DNA of 64,000 nucleotides from Pelagomonas calceolata (GCA_918797485.1 CAKKNE010000005.1:2356001-2420000); one strand, 5' to 3'. Numbered from the stretch's first letter, positions 1 to 10,393 are shown. The notes: a model not told the origin generated them from the sequence alone. Numbers and translations: made by a program.

Positions 1-666
1 GAACGCCATACCTCTACTTCTTTTCGTCTTCGCGTCCGTTAACAGTCGCACCTTCAGGGTCCCCTCGACGCCCTGGCTCCGGAAGAACTGCTCGATGCGC
101 TCCTTGGTGGTGGAGTAGTGGAGCTGGCCGACGAAGGCCACGAGCGGCGCGCGCTTCGGTGGTTGTGAGGCCCGCTTCGGCGGCGGCGCGGCGGGGCCCT
201 CGCCGCGCGCGGCGGCGCGCTTCGCGAGGCGGCGCTCCTTGGCCGTCGTCGGCGCCGCCGCCGGCGCCTGCGGCGCCTGCGCCGCCGCGGGCGCCGCCTC
301 TCCGCGCGCGGCGGCGCGTTTTGCTAGTCGCCGCTCCTTGGCCGTCGTGCGGCCGGCCGGCGCCGGCGCCGACGACGTCGCCGCGCCGCGCGGCACCGGC
401 GCCGGTGCCGGCGCCTCGGCCGCGCGCGCTGCGGCTCGTTTCGCTAGGCGGCGCTGTTTCGCAGTCATGCCGTCGCTTGCGTCGCTCGACGGGGCCTTCG
501 CAGTCATGCTGTCGCTTGCGTCGCTTGACGGGGCCGCGCTCGCGGGCGCTGGCACTGCTGCAGCAGCAGGGGTGCCATTGCTTGCAGCCGCCCGCGCGGC
601 CGCGCGTTTCGCCAGCCGTCGCTGCTTGGCAGTCATGCCGTCGGTCGCTGTGGCGTCGGCCGACAT
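1..666 (-). CDS. RRM RNA-binding protein (Nop6-like), 3' end runs off the window
   Basis: Frame not in the ORF track: ATG at 666, MSADATATDGMTAKQRRLAKRAAAR..., four TAK(Q/E)RRLAKRAAAR repeats, then RNP2 AFVGQL and RNP1 RGMAF at the window edge. Confidence 0.8.
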   Translation of the reverse strand, partial: MSADATATDGMTAKQRRLAKRAAARAAASNGTPAAAAVPAPASAAPSSDASDSMTAKAPSSDASDGMTAKQRRLAKRAAARAAEAPAPAPVPRGAATSSAPAPAGRTTAKERRLAKRAAARGEAAPAAAQAPQAPAAAPTTAKERRLAKRAAARGEGPAAPPPKRASQPPKRAPLVAFVGQLHYSTTKERIEQFFRSQGVEGTLKVRLLTDAKTKRSRGMAF

Positions 667-784
667 GGCTCAGTGAGGATCTGTGCGAACTGCTGCGGCC
701 CGGAGACGGCAATGTCGCCCGAGAGCAGCGCAAGTGACCTGTCTTAAACTCCGCCGTCGAGGCCAAATTTCGCTAGAAATCGCA

Positions 785-1870
785 ATGCTGCGCATCACTG
801 ATCTACCAAACGACTGCTTGCTCGCGTGTCTCGCGAGGTGCCCGTACGCCGACCTGCGCAATGCTGTCCCCTCGACATGCAAGCAATTGCGTGATGCCGT
901 CGCGTCGTCGGCGTTCCGGAAGACGCGAGAGGCGTCGGGTTGGGTGGAGTGGGGCGTCTTCGCGACGGCACGAGGGGCTTCGACTGACGCCTGTTTTCTG
1001 ATCACCGAATCGGGCACACGCCGTACGGCGCCACGTCCACCATACCAATCAGGCTACTATGTCGAGCGCCCTCAAAACGAGGTCATCGTCATGAGTGGCC
1101 TGGAGCCTATGCGCGCTCGCGCCTATAACCCCAGCGAGAATACATGGCGGGACATCGCACCGCTGGTGCGAATGTATGGCGGCAGGAATTACGATTCTCT
1201 TGACTATCAAGCTTCATTAGGCTGCGTTGGCGGCCATCTTGTGGTCCTCGGTGGCGGGATTGATGAAAGCCGCGAGCCTTTGATGAGGCGCATGGATGCG
1301 TACGATCCAGCTGAGGACACGTGGTCGAGGCTGCCGGATGTGCCATTTACTAGCGACATGAACGGCTTGGTTGAAGTCGGCGGGAAGTTGTATTGCTTTG
1401 GTGGCTATCAAGGGCATCAAGGGCCCGGAAGTCAGCACGAAGATGCACGGCGGACGTTTGTCTATGATCCAGCGACCCGCGCCTGGACGGACGGGCCGCG
1501 GCTTCCACACGAGCCACTGGTCAATGAATATGGTCTTAAATACATTTCAGCCTTCGAGCGATCAAAGCGTCTCTGTATCATGGGCACCTTTAGTCTGAAT
1601 GACGGCCCCTTTAGTCCCTCTCTTTTCTTGGCTTTCGTGTGGGACCCGACGAGAGAGACTTGGGACGCGTTTCCTACGCCGCCGGTCGTGCCCGAATACA
1701 GGAGCGTTAGCCAGGTGGACGGTCATGTTGTTGCTTACGGTTATGATTCTGCCGGGGAGCACATCTTCGTGCTGCGTCCGGGCAGCAGAAACTGGGCCGA
1801 GTGGGACATCCCCGCCGTGGTCGACAACGCAATACCGTTGCCTCACTTCCACGCGGTCCGCATCGGCTAG
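785..1870 (+). CDS. F-box/Kelch-repeat protein
   Basis: N-terminal ITDLPNDCLLACLARCP F-box-like segment; Kelch repeats (LVVLGG...AYDPAEDTWSRL, LYCFGG...VYDPATRAW). Confidence 0.8.
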   Translation: MLRITDLPNDCLLACLARCPYADLRNAVPSTCKQLRDAVASSAFRKTREASGWVEWGVFATARGASTDACFLITESGTRRTAPRPPYQSGYYVERPQNEVIVMSGLEPMRARAYNPSENTWRDIAPLVRMYGGRNYDSLDYQASLGCVGGHLVVLGGGIDESREPLMRRMDAYDPAEDTWSRLPDVPFTSDMNGLVEVGGKLYCFGGYQGHQGPGSQHEDARRTFVYDPATRAWTDGPRLPHEPLVNEYGLKYISAFERSKRLCIMGTFSLNDGPFSPSLFLAFVWDPTRETWDAFPTPPVVPEYRSVSQVDGHVVAYGYDSAGEHIFVLRPGSRNWAEWDIPAVVDNAIPLPHFHAVRIG

Positions 1871-1922
1871 GAATGTGTGTATTGTAGTAAGTGTGTAGTA
1901 TACAAACAAGGGATCTTATACA

Positions 1923-3641
1923 TCAGGCGGCCGGCTGGCTGTAGTGCACGTACGCGCGCATCGGCTCGTCCCTCAGATGAGCTTGCAATTTCCGCCGGTT
2001 GAAGCGGAACGGCGCGAGCGACTGGAGCTCCCGCGCGAGCTGGCGACGCAGCCGCCCCCGCGCCTCCTGGACGAGCGAGTCGTGCTCCGCACCTAATGAA
2101 GCGGCCGCGTCCAACAATCTTTTCCGCCTTTCTGTAACGTCCGCCGCGGGCGCCGTCGTCGCGGCCTTCTCCGTTGAAGGCCGCGGCAGCCGGCACCGCG
2201 CGTAGCGTGCCAGACGACGCCAGCCCTTCGAAGGCCCGTCGCAGTCGAATTCCTCCTTCACCTCGGACGCCTCTTGTACAACGAGCGGCGCCTCGGGAGG
2301 TGAGCACTCGACGAGCCACCGCCCCAAGTCAAAGGCCAGGGACTCGGGCGCCGTCGGTAGGGCTTTTCTCACTTCATCGTCCATCGAATCAGAAAACACG
2401 GGAAATGGGACCGAGGCCGCGTCCGCGTCCTCGCCGACGAGTGCCGTACTTGTTAATCGCGGCAGACTCCCGTCAAAGGCCGCGGCCAGATGCTCGAGAA
2501 AGGGATAGTCCTCCGACAGCTCCACGGCCACTAATAGAGTAGACGGAGACAGTTGCGCGTCCTCGAACACAGCGCCTATTCTTGGAAGGCCGAACTTCGC
2601 GAACCGACCCCTCAGTTCTAGATCTAAAGTCAGGAAGGCTTGCGTGTCGATGGACCACGCTTCCAGGTCCACGGCGAAGGCTAGCGTCGGTTTCTGAGTA
2701 CCACTTCGCTGTTCCAGAGCTTCTACTAAAAAGGAAGGCGTCTCGACGAGTCGACGCATCTCCTTGATACGAGGCGGCCTGAGCCCGAAGTCCACGACCG
2801 CTTCCTTGACTTCAAAAGAAGCGTCGAGCGTTTTCAGCGCTCGTCGCAATTCACCAGTAGCCCTCCGACTGAAGTAGGCGCCCAATCCAGAGCGCCAGAC
2901 GGCCGCCATGTTGTACTCTATCAAGTCGGCGGTCTTGGCGTGCGAACTCAGACCGGGCAGCGCCGGTTCTGCATTAACTTCGACGCGCGTCCGGTTGAGG
3001 GACGGGTCCCGCAACACGGCTCTTAACGAAAACACGACGCAGAGCCACTTCAATAGTAGGTATAACAGCGCCGACCAGCGGCGCTTTTTGTGAAACGGGT
3101 CCCGCTTTGTCGGCGAGAGCGTCGCCCTCCCAAGCGCAAAAGCTAAGACGAGCATGCCCAGCAGGCTCCGCTCCCGCAACAGATTGAAGCGCCGCCAGAG
3201 CTCCGCCGCGACGCCCAGACATCGGAAGACGAGGCTTTGGGTCGATTGGCGCAGGACGTCGCGCTTCCTATGCCGCGTCGTAGCGTTGTAGCTCGGCGTC
3301 GGCCGCGGCGACGGCCAGAAGCGCTTCCGCCGCGTTGTAGACAGGGTGTCCTTCTTCTTCAGCGTCTTGAGTAATTGCCGGGCGCCCTCCGCGCGCGTCG
3401 CGGTGCCATCGAGGTAGTTCGAGGCTCTTTGTAAACCCTCGCTCGTCCGTCGCGACGCGTAGGTCACGGCCTTCAGGGCCGTCCGGGCGAGCTTCCCTCT
3501 TAATGAATCGTCGCGCGGGACCTTCGCGGGCCGCGCGCGGGCCGGGGGCACCGGCTCGCCCTGGAAGTGGACGGAGACGGGCTCCGAGAAGAGGCTCGCG
3601 GGCGCCGCGGCGGCGGTTGCTACCACGAGGAGGCGGAGCAT
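1923..3641 (-). CDS. Membrane protein with signal peptide, two TM helices and a possible SMP-like lipid-binding domain
   Basis: 572-aa ORF, hydrophobic N-terminus, two hydrophobic stretches followed by a beta-rich region. Confidence 0.55.
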   Translation of the reverse strand: MLRLLVVATAAAAPASLFSEPVSVHFQGEPVPPARARPAKVPRDDSLRGKLARTALKAVTYASRRTSEGLQRASNYLDGTATRAEGARQLLKTLKKKDTLSTTRRKRFWPSPRPTPSYNATTRHRKRDVLRQSTQSLVFRCLGVAAELWRRFNLLRERSLLGMLVLAFALGRATLSPTKRDPFHKKRRWSALLYLLLKWLCVVFSLRAVLRDPSLNRTRVEVNAEPALPGLSSHAKTADLIEYNMAAVWRSGLGAYFSRRATGELRRALKTLDASFEVKEAVVDFGLRPPRIKEMRRLVETPSFLVEALEQRSGTQKPTLAFAVDLEAWSIDTQAFLTLDLELRGRFAKFGLPRIGAVFEDAQLSPSTLLVAVELSEDYPFLEHLAAAFDGSLPRLTSTALVGEDADAASVPFPVFSDSMDDEVRKALPTAPESLAFDLGRWLVECSPPEAPLVVQEASEVKEEFDCDGPSKGWRRLARYARCRLPRPSTEKAATTAPAADVTERRKRLLDAAASLGAEHDSLVQEARGRLRRQLARELQSLAPFRFNRRKLQAHLRDEPMRAYVHYSQPAA

Positions 3642-4234
3642 GGTTTATGGGCACGCGGGCCGCTGCGCTGCACTGAGCGGGTGCTGCTCTTTTGAACGGC
3701 TACTGCTGGCGCTCTTCGCGTGCCGCAGGCGAGGCGGCTGGGATTTGGTGAGTTTGGTGATTACTTATGAGGCGCGGCAAGGTTCAGAGTCCTGTATCAT
3801 GCTCACCGCCGCGCACTCGGCACGTTCGTACACGTTGGGCAAAATCAACATGCTCTCGATCAATGGGCATGTCAAGGCGGGGCGGACTTGGAGTCCGGTC
3901 GGAGACTGGCCCCACGAACCGGACGCCTCAGTGCAACCGAGCAAGCCTGCCCCAGAAACCGCCGGAAACGCCTCGTCCCGGCCTCCACCACCTGCCTTCC
4001 GGCCCGCACCCGGGAGGCGCCGGCGCGCGAGCCGTCCGGAGCGCCCGGAGAGCCGTCAGGCTGGCCGGCCCGCCCCGAAATCAGGCAGGGCAAGACTTGG
4101 AGACTGGTGTTCGGCTCGACGCTGCCCCCGGGCACGCGCCGCCGCGCAGCGCAATACACGCTGCCCAGGCAACGCGCTACACCCCACTGCGATCGCTGCC
4201 CGCGAAAAAGCGACCGGTGACGGCCGCACCAGGC

Positions 4235-5458
4235 ATGGCCCGCCGCACCATATTAGCAGTAGCCGCCGGGCTCCTGCTCCTGCTGGGCGCGGCCCACGTT
4301 TACCTGCATCCCACCCTACAACCAACTGCACATGAGGACGACACAATAGCGCGCTTGGAAAAGCTGCACCAGGCGCTCGCCGAGAAGACGTCAATGCAGG
4401 AAAAAACGCTCGCGTCGTACAAAGCGACGACACTCGCCGCCCAGGACGCCATGAAGGCGCAGGCGAACCCCACCACCTCTAGAATTGAGGAGGCCGTCGC
4501 GGCGCGCCTGGCCGCGATTCAGCGAGAGGCCGACCTCCACGCCGAGGCGCACCAGGAGCACCATGAAGATCCGTACATCTTGCAGAAGCACAACGGTCAT
4601 ATACCTTTCGTGTTTGTCGCCGGTCTGGAGGGCACGGGGCACCACTGGTGGAAGGCCTTTTGGGAACAGTGCGGTAGTAAGGCGCGGCCTTCACTACTAG
4701 GACCGCTGGCCTGGCAAAGGGCAGCTGCCGTTTTCAACGCGAAGATGGCCCTGGACCTGCCCGCCTCCAAGTTAATGACGGAGGCCGCGCGGGCCGAGAC
4801 CAACACTGGCGGAACTGTCTACGCCCTGAATACCCTAGGAGGCCGCAACGACGAGGCCATGCGCCTCCTCAAGGCATCAGCCCCTGGCCAACAACTCCCC
4901 TGGGGCGAGGGCGAGGGCATGGGTTCGTATCCAAACTGGTGGGGCACGCCGACGCCGGACCACAAAGCGTTGCAAATGCCCGATCTTACTTATATGGCGG
5001 ATGCGTTGCGAGGCGTCCAGGGCGCCCAACTGCGCATTGTCCTACTCACGCGCGAGGCGTCACAAATCGTGCGAAGCGTCTGCGACAAGCGGAACTTCGC
5101 GAAGAGCGTCGGTGGTTGCGCCGCGGAGGTGCAAATTTTATCACTGGGTGCTGGTATCTTATCAACGCAACTCGAGGCGCTGCCGCCCCCCCCTTCAGTA
5201 ATCTGCGAGCACGTGCGCTTCGGTAAACTGCAAGCCGGCGACGCGGAAACGCTGGAGCGGCTCAGCGTGCTCTCGGGCATCGACGACGCGGCGCGCGTCG
5301 CGAAGCGCGTGCGCGCGCCGCCGTCGCCGCCCGGCGGGGCCGGGCCCAAGACGGAGCGGGCCAAGCGCGATCGGGAGCAGCTGGTGGGTGTGTTGGCGCG
5401 CGCGCAGGAGGCCGCGGTGAGCGCGTGCGCGCGGCAGGCGCTGCGGCGTGGTGCGTAA
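4235..5458 (+). CDS. Type II membrane sulfotransferase-like (P-loop) protein
   Basis: N-terminal TM (MARRTILAVAAGLLLLLG), coiled stem, FVFVAGLEGTGHHWW PAPS-loop-like motif, IVLLTRE. Confidence 0.6.
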   Translation: MARRTILAVAAGLLLLLGAAHVYLHPTLQPTAHEDDTIARLEKLHQALAEKTSMQEKTLASYKATTLAAQDAMKAQANPTTSRIEEAVAARLAAIQREADLHAEAHQEHHEDPYILQKHNGHIPFVFVAGLEGTGHHWWKAFWEQCGSKARPSLLGPLAWQRAAAVFNAKMALDLPASKLMTEAARAETNTGGTVYALNTLGGRNDEAMRLLKASAPGQQLPWGEGEGMGSYPNWWGTPTPDHKALQMPDLTYMADALRGVQGAQLRIVLLTREASQIVRSVCDKRNFAKSVGGCAAEVQILSLGAGILSTQLEALPPPPSVICEHVRFGKLQAGDAETLERLSVLSGIDDAARVAKRVRAPPSPPGGAGPKTERAKRDREQLVGVLARAQEAAVSACARQALRRGA

Positions 5459-5525
5459 GTTTGTGTTTGTGTTTTGACTTAGAGCTATGCCACTTAGCCG
5501 CGGAGTCGACGCAGGGTTTGCGTAT

Positions 5526-6596
5526 TCATCTATCTACGTGTGCGAGGAACCGCATCAGTATCGCGTTCGCGAGGTCGGGCGCGCCTGGCAGATGTCGGTG
5601 GCCCGGGCTGCGGTAAGCATAAGACGAGTGCGGCAGGCGCGCGAGCGGACACTCGAGGTCGAGGAAAAAGACGCCATGCCGTTCCGCGTCGAACCCAGCT
5701 AAGGCCGTCTGCACGGCCCGGCTCCACTTCGAGTCGTGGGAGCAGACGTCGCTGGTCTTCGCGTTTTTGATCGGCGGGAAGCCAAGGAACACCGCGCGTT
5801 GTTTGGTACCAGTCATCCCGTTGGCGAGCTCCCGCGACAGCACGCGCGTCGTCTGCTCGTAGAGCTTGGGACCAGGTGCGATGGGCTTGCCGGCTTTGGA
5901 GTAAAACGAAACGTCCGAGCGCCGAGAGCTGAACCAGTGGCCGTAAATCACGACGTACGTTACATCTTCGCGCCCTTTGAAATCGCGGAGCGCCTCGACC
6001 ACGCCCTCGATAGCCTGCGGCGGCTTGCCCGGTTCGCCCCAGGGCCTCACGACGCTCTTCACGCCCCGGCTCCTCATATGTTTTTTCTTGCCCTTGTCGA
6101 CGAACCATGCGCTGCCGCCCGTCGCCTTGGTCTGGCTGCTGGCGACGCCGAAGCGTGCGTCGACGTGCCTCAGCTCGATGCTATACTCGGGCAGCCTGAT
6201 CGACGCGCCCCCGCCCTTGCGCGCGGCGTCTCCGTCACCGCAGACGAGCAGCGCCGCGAGCGACACGTACGACTGAATACTGAGCGAGTCCCCAATCACA
6301 ACAATGGTATGGTTTTGCAGAGCGCGCCGCGCCGCGGCGGCCGTCGGCACCTCGATCCTCGTTCCTCCCGTCGGCGTCCAGGAGTAGCTCGTGTCCGGGC
6401 GGCGCTTGGGATGGATCCAGTATCTCCGATTACTCGAGATGAAAGACGAGACGCCCGCTCGCTTGAAGCACTTGTCGGCGTCGTAGCGCGGCGTCGCGTC
6501 CGTGTGTTGTTTTATGGTGCCGTCGCGCGTGAGCTCGGGGAAGCTCGCGGCGGCCAGCGTCGCCACGAGGAGCAGGCAGCATCTCGCCCGCGGCAT
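5526..6596 (-). CDS. Secreted SGNH/PC-esterase (TBL-like) acyl-esterase/transferase
   Basis: Signal peptide, IVVIGDSLSIQSYVSL GDS motif, C-terminal His motif. Confidence 0.6.
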   Translation of the reverse strand: MPRARCCLLLVATLAAASFPELTRDGTIKQHTDATPRYDADKCFKRAGVSSFISSNRRYWIHPKRRPDTSYSWTPTGGTRIEVPTAAAARRALQNHTIVVIGDSLSIQSYVSLAALLVCGDGDAARKGGGASIRLPEYSIELRHVDARFGVASSQTKATGGSAWFVDKGKKKHMRSRGVKSVVRPWGEPGKPPQAIEGVVEALRDFKGREDVTYVVIYGHWFSSRRSDVSFYSKAGKPIAPGPKLYEQTTRVLSRELANGMTGTKQRAVFLGFPPIKNAKTSDVCSHDSKWSRAVQTALAGFDAERHGVFFLDLECPLARLPHSSYAYRSPGHRHLPGAPDLANAILMRFLAHVDR

Positions 6597-7097
6597 CACG
6601 CGTCGCGCGAAAAAAATTCAAGAGCGAATTGCGCCATGGGCCACGCCACGAAAACGACGACGAGGGCGACAAAAAATACGCCCGCTACGTCTACGTTAAG
6701 CGAGGGCGACGGCTGCTGAGCTCGCCCTCCCCTAGATCCCCTGCTGGAGAGTGTAGTTAAGCGGCTTGGTACCGTCCCTGTTACTACTGCCACCGGTGGG
6801 TCTTGCTTGAACTTGAGGCCGCCCGCTTTCCTAGATGGCATTAGACCGCTATGAATTTGGGTTGAATCGCCCCGTGAGCAACAAATTAGCGCGTTGCGCG
6901 AGAGTCCGAGCAGGGCTCGACTCGAGTGCCAAATCGGGTTTTACGAGATCTCTATCGTAGTATCGACGCTATCGACGCGCAAGGAGCCCGAGGATACCGG
7001 GGGGACTAGTAAACGGATAAATCTACGCCGGCCTTAGACCTTGGTACCAAACCCACCACACAGATGTGGGAGGCGCCGGCGCGTAAAGGAAGGAGCT

Positions 7098-7181
7098 CTA
7101 CTTCTTGCCCTTCTTGCCCTTCTTCTTCTTCTTGCCCGAGCCCGAGTCCTGGGACCCCTTCCGCTTCTTCTCGCTCGACTT

Positions 7182-7212
<31 letters not shown>

Positions 7213-8119
7213 TCCTCGCTCGAGTCGTCGTCGCTGTCGTCGTCGTCGGCCGCGCCGCCGAAGTTGAAGAACGACGGCTGGCCACCGCCCATGTCCTCGT
7301 CATCATCATCGTCGTCCGAATCGTCATCGTCGTCGCCGCCCGGAACCTCCCCGAACTCGTCGTCGTCCTCGTCATCATCCGAATCGTCGTCGTCGCCGAA
7401 CCCGTCGTACGTCTCCTCGAGGACCTCGTAGCCCGTGATGTGCACCTTCGCGCTGCCTCCGGTAACACTGAATTTGACGGTCTCGTTGCCCGTGCCGATC
7501 AACAAGTCGATCTGCGCGTGGTCCGTGACGCCCGGTCGCAAGACGCAGAGCGCGAACTTCGGGCCTGTGCGTTGTACCGTCAACCCACAACTCCGACGGG
7601 ACTCGAACCCGCAACCCCCAGATTCGAAGTCTGATACGCTATCCATTGCGCCACGGAGTTTGGACGCGGGGCGCGGCACCGTCGTCGGCCGCCGCGTACA
7701 CCACATAGGTCTCGCCCTTCTTGGCCTTGGCGTCCGCGAAGGAGACCATCGTGAGCTGGAGGTTGAGGTCGCCGTCCTGGTCCGCCTCGTAGGTGTGGGT
7801 CTCGCCTGCGGTCGCGGCGGCGGCGTCAGGGCTTGTGTGTTGCCCACGGGCGCGGCGGCGGGTCGACGGCGCGCGCGAGGGTTTCATGCGTAAAGCGGCA
7901 GTGCGGGCGGCGGCGCCGCAGCGGCGCGCATGCGGCGCGCACGCTCGCCGGCTCTTGCGCGCCCGACGCGCGCCTCCTTGCCATTAGGTGCAGCGGGAGA
8001 AAGTGTCAGCGAGGCGGCGTCGCAGCGCGTCAAGAGCCATGAAACGGATCGTACTGATGCAGGACGCTGCGGCGCGGACCACTGTGGATTTCACAGCCCC
8101 ATAGCTGTGTGACCGCCAT
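7098..8119 (-). CDS. Nucleoplasmin-like (NPL/HD-tuin-type) histone chaperone, 3 exons (8080-8119, 7680-7805, 7098-7564)
   Basis: GT-AG splicing gives MAVTQLWGCEIHSGETHTYE...AADDGPKFALCVLRPG...VHITGY, then an acidic D/E tract and a basic K-rich tail. Confidence 0.85.
7588..7660 (-). tRNA. trnR-TCG: tRNA-Arg(TCG), located inside intron 2 of the nucleoplasmin-like gene
   Basis: 73-nt cloverleaf AACTCCG TG GCGC AATGGATA GCGT A TCAGA CTTCGAA TCTGG GGGTT GCGGG TTCGAGT CCCGT CGGAGTT G; all four stems pair; intact A and B boxes. Confidence 0.95.
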
Positions 8120-8168
8120 GATTGCAGAGCTGTTTAGGACTCTCTCGCCGCCACTAATCCCGGCGTGG

Positions 8169-8190
8169 CTAGAGGCCTGTAAGACACTAG
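8169..8190. promoter_or_regulatory. CTAG-box motif copy
   Basis: CTAGAGGCCTGTAAGACACTAG, 50 bp upstream of the nucleoplasmin-like ATG. Confidence 0.65.
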
Positions 8191-8318
8191 CAATCGCAGC
8201 TTCTCGACGTTTACGCGACCTGCGCCGTGGCGACACAGAAAGATCACAACCGCCAACGGCCGAAACAGGAAGTCACAACCGATAAACTTACGAACACACG
8301 ACGACGAGCGCATCGGCA

Positions 8319-9047
8319 TCACGTCGCGACGAACGCCACAAAGACCGCCGCCGACGCGCCCAGGGCCAGCACCGAGTTCACGGGCTTGAGCTCGTCGAGG
8401 AGCGGCGCCCAGGCCTGCCGCCCCCGCAGCAGCGCGACGAAGGGCACGCCCGAGGTCTTCGCCTCGCGCTCCACGGAGAGCGACCCGCCCATGCCGCGCC
8501 GGTGCCGCGAGTCGAGGTGCGTGCCGTTGACGAGCGCCACGAGCGGGAAGCCGAGGGCCGCCGCCGCCGTGCCGGCGAAGGGCGTCATCGCCGCGCAGCC
8601 CAAGCCCAGAAAGCCCAAACTCCAGAACTGCGGGTGCCGCGTGACGCGCTCCAGTCCCACGACGTCCGTCGGCTTTTCCGCGCGCGCCGCCTTCAAGTCC
8701 AGCGGGCAGCCCGTGAAGTCGTCGGACATGGGGTTCGCGAGCGCCGGGGCCAGGTTGAACGCGCCGACCAGTCCTACACAAGTAAGCGCCGATCCTAATG
8801 CTAAAGACGGCGGGCCGACGGTCCGCACCCGCGGCCCCGGCCCGTGGCGCCACAGGCCGTACGCCACCGACGCCAGGGAGCAGGTCGACAGCAGGCCGTA
8901 GCAGGACTTGTAGCCGCGGTCGCCCAGGCGGTCGATGAAGACCTGCCGGTTCTCGGACAGGACCGCGTTCTCGGCGACGAAGAAGAGCCAGCCGCCGCCG
9001 CAGAGGTAGACGCTCGGGTGGGCGAGGACCTGGGCTGGCGGGAGCAT
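8319..9047 (-). CDS. NnrU-family membrane protein
   Basis: TRHPQFWSLG and TSGVPFVALLRGRQ motifs, several TM segments; start uncertain. Confidence 0.75.
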   Translation of the reverse strand: MLPPAQVLAHPSVYLCGGGWLFFVAENAVLSENRQVFIDRLGDRGYKSCYGLLSTCSLASVAYGLWRHGPGPRVRTVGPPSLALGSALTCVGLVGAFNLAPALANPMSDDFTGCPLDLKAARAEKPTDVVGLERVTRHPQFWSLGFLGLGCAAMTPFAGTAAAALGFPLVALVNGTHLDSRHRRGMGGSLSVEREAKTSGVPFVALLRGRQAWAPLLDELKPVNSVLALGASAAVFVAFVAT

Positions 9048-9331
9048 CGCTTCGAGCTGGTTATTTCGAGCAATTGCGCGCAGCGAAGCCTGATCGCGGT
9101 GCTGCACGTCAGGAGACTGTGCTGGTCAGCAATTTTAGAGAATGCGCCGCAGCGACGGCGTGATCGCTGTGCTGTCAGGAGCTGTGCTTAGGTCAGCACC
9201 CTCTGCCAGAGTCTGGGCAACTTCGGACGCTGCTGCCGGGTAATGACGAACCGAATCAATGGCAACGAGGGCAGGCACCGCTATTTTGGTGCTGTTTTGG
9301 CTCCGTATGAGCTCTAGCAAACTCGCCCTGG

Positions 9332-9353
9332 CTAGCGTAGAGTAACATACTAG
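9332..9353. promoter_or_regulatory. CTAG-box motif copy
   Basis: CTAGCGTAGAGTAACATACTAG in a divergent intergenic region. Confidence 0.55.
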
Positions 9354-9484
9354 ACTCCATCTCGCAAATCAGGCTGTAGGGTGAAGAGCCGATTCCGGTG
9401 TGTCGTGGGGGAAGTGGGAGCCACGACTCGCACCTCGAGGCTGCCCGGACCAGCGGAAGGCACCAACGCACAGTTACAGGGACC

Positions 9485-10162
9485 ATGCAGCGCTGGCTCT
9501 CGCGGACGTCGAGCCTCTTCTCGGTGCGGACGCACCGCCGCAACTGGACGCAGCGGGCCGGTGGTTTGGTGGAGGCCGAGCTGCCGGCGAACCCCATGCT
9601 GTTACTCGACGAGTGGCTGGCCGCGGCCCTGCAGGATGGCCACATCATCGAGCGCGGTTTTGTGCTGGCGACGTCTTCTGCTGAAGAGGGCCCGACGGCG
9701 CGGACCGTGGTCTGCCGCGACGTCTGCGAGGACGGGTCGATCACGTTTGGTACCAACCCTAACTCTCTCAAGGGCCGGAGTTTACGGGACGAGCCGCGCT
9801 GCGAGGCCGTGTTCCGGTGGGGCACGCGGCAGGTTCGGTTGAGAGGCACGTGTGCCGTCGACAATGACAATACAGAGGAGATGTTCCGGACGCTGCCCCG
9901 GCCGGCCAGGGTCTCGCTGGAGCTCCTCCACCCCATCGGTCAGGGGAACGACGTGTCCGAGGCAAAACATCAGGAGCTCCTCGCCGATGTCGAGGCGTCT
10001 TCCTTAGATCCGCAGACGCCGCCCGCCACGTTCACGGCGTACCGCATCACGGCCTCGACCCTCGAGTTCTACCAGTCGCTGCGCGAGGACTTTATTGTGG
10101 ACCGCTTCCTCTACGTGCGCGACGGCGCGGCCTGGAGCCCGCCGGTGCGTTTGGCCGGCTAG
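9485..10162 (+). CDS. Pyridoxamine 5'-phosphate oxidase-like FMN-binding protein
   Basis: LATSSAEEGPTARTV, SLKGRSL, RQVRLRG, EFYQ...DRFLY motifs. Confidence 0.8.
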   Translation: MQRWLSRTSSLFSVRTHRRNWTQRAGGLVEAELPANPMLLLDEWLAAALQDGHIIERGFVLATSSAEEGPTARTVVCRDVCEDGSITFGTNPNSLKGRSLRDEPRCEAVFRWGTRQVRLRGTCAVDNDNTEEMFRTLPRPARVSLELLHPIGQGNDVSEAKHQELLADVEASSLDPQTPPATFTAYRITASTLEFYQSLREDFIVDRFLYVRDGAAWSPPVRLAG

Positions 10163-10393
10163 AAGAAGCCCGTGCAATTGGACCAGCTGATGTACATACT
10201 GCAGCAAGCTCCTCCACCGCTTTGCGTCGCGCGCGCCGTCGCTCGGGCGCGCACGACGCCTCCCGTCGCTCCACCCTTCGCTCAATTCGCTCTCAAGGCT
10301 GGCTCACGCGCTCGCTCCGCACATGTCCGTGCTGAACGACGCGCCCTCTCCGTACATTCGCGTGCACATATCTATGCCTAAAAAACCAGTTAG

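Noticed and set aside
14..766. 250-aa minus ORF and overlapping plus ORFs
   Set aside because: Shadow frames; the real gene is a different minus frame (ATG 666) with RNP1/RNP2 motifs
6700..7030. Intergenic stretch as a possible ncRNA
   Set aside because: No recognisable structure or boxes; only a degenerate CTAG box near 6831
7098..7847. 249-aa ORF reading through the tRNA (apparent tRNA within a CDS)
   Set aside because: GT-AG splicing gives a better nucleoplasmin-like protein, so the tRNA is intronic
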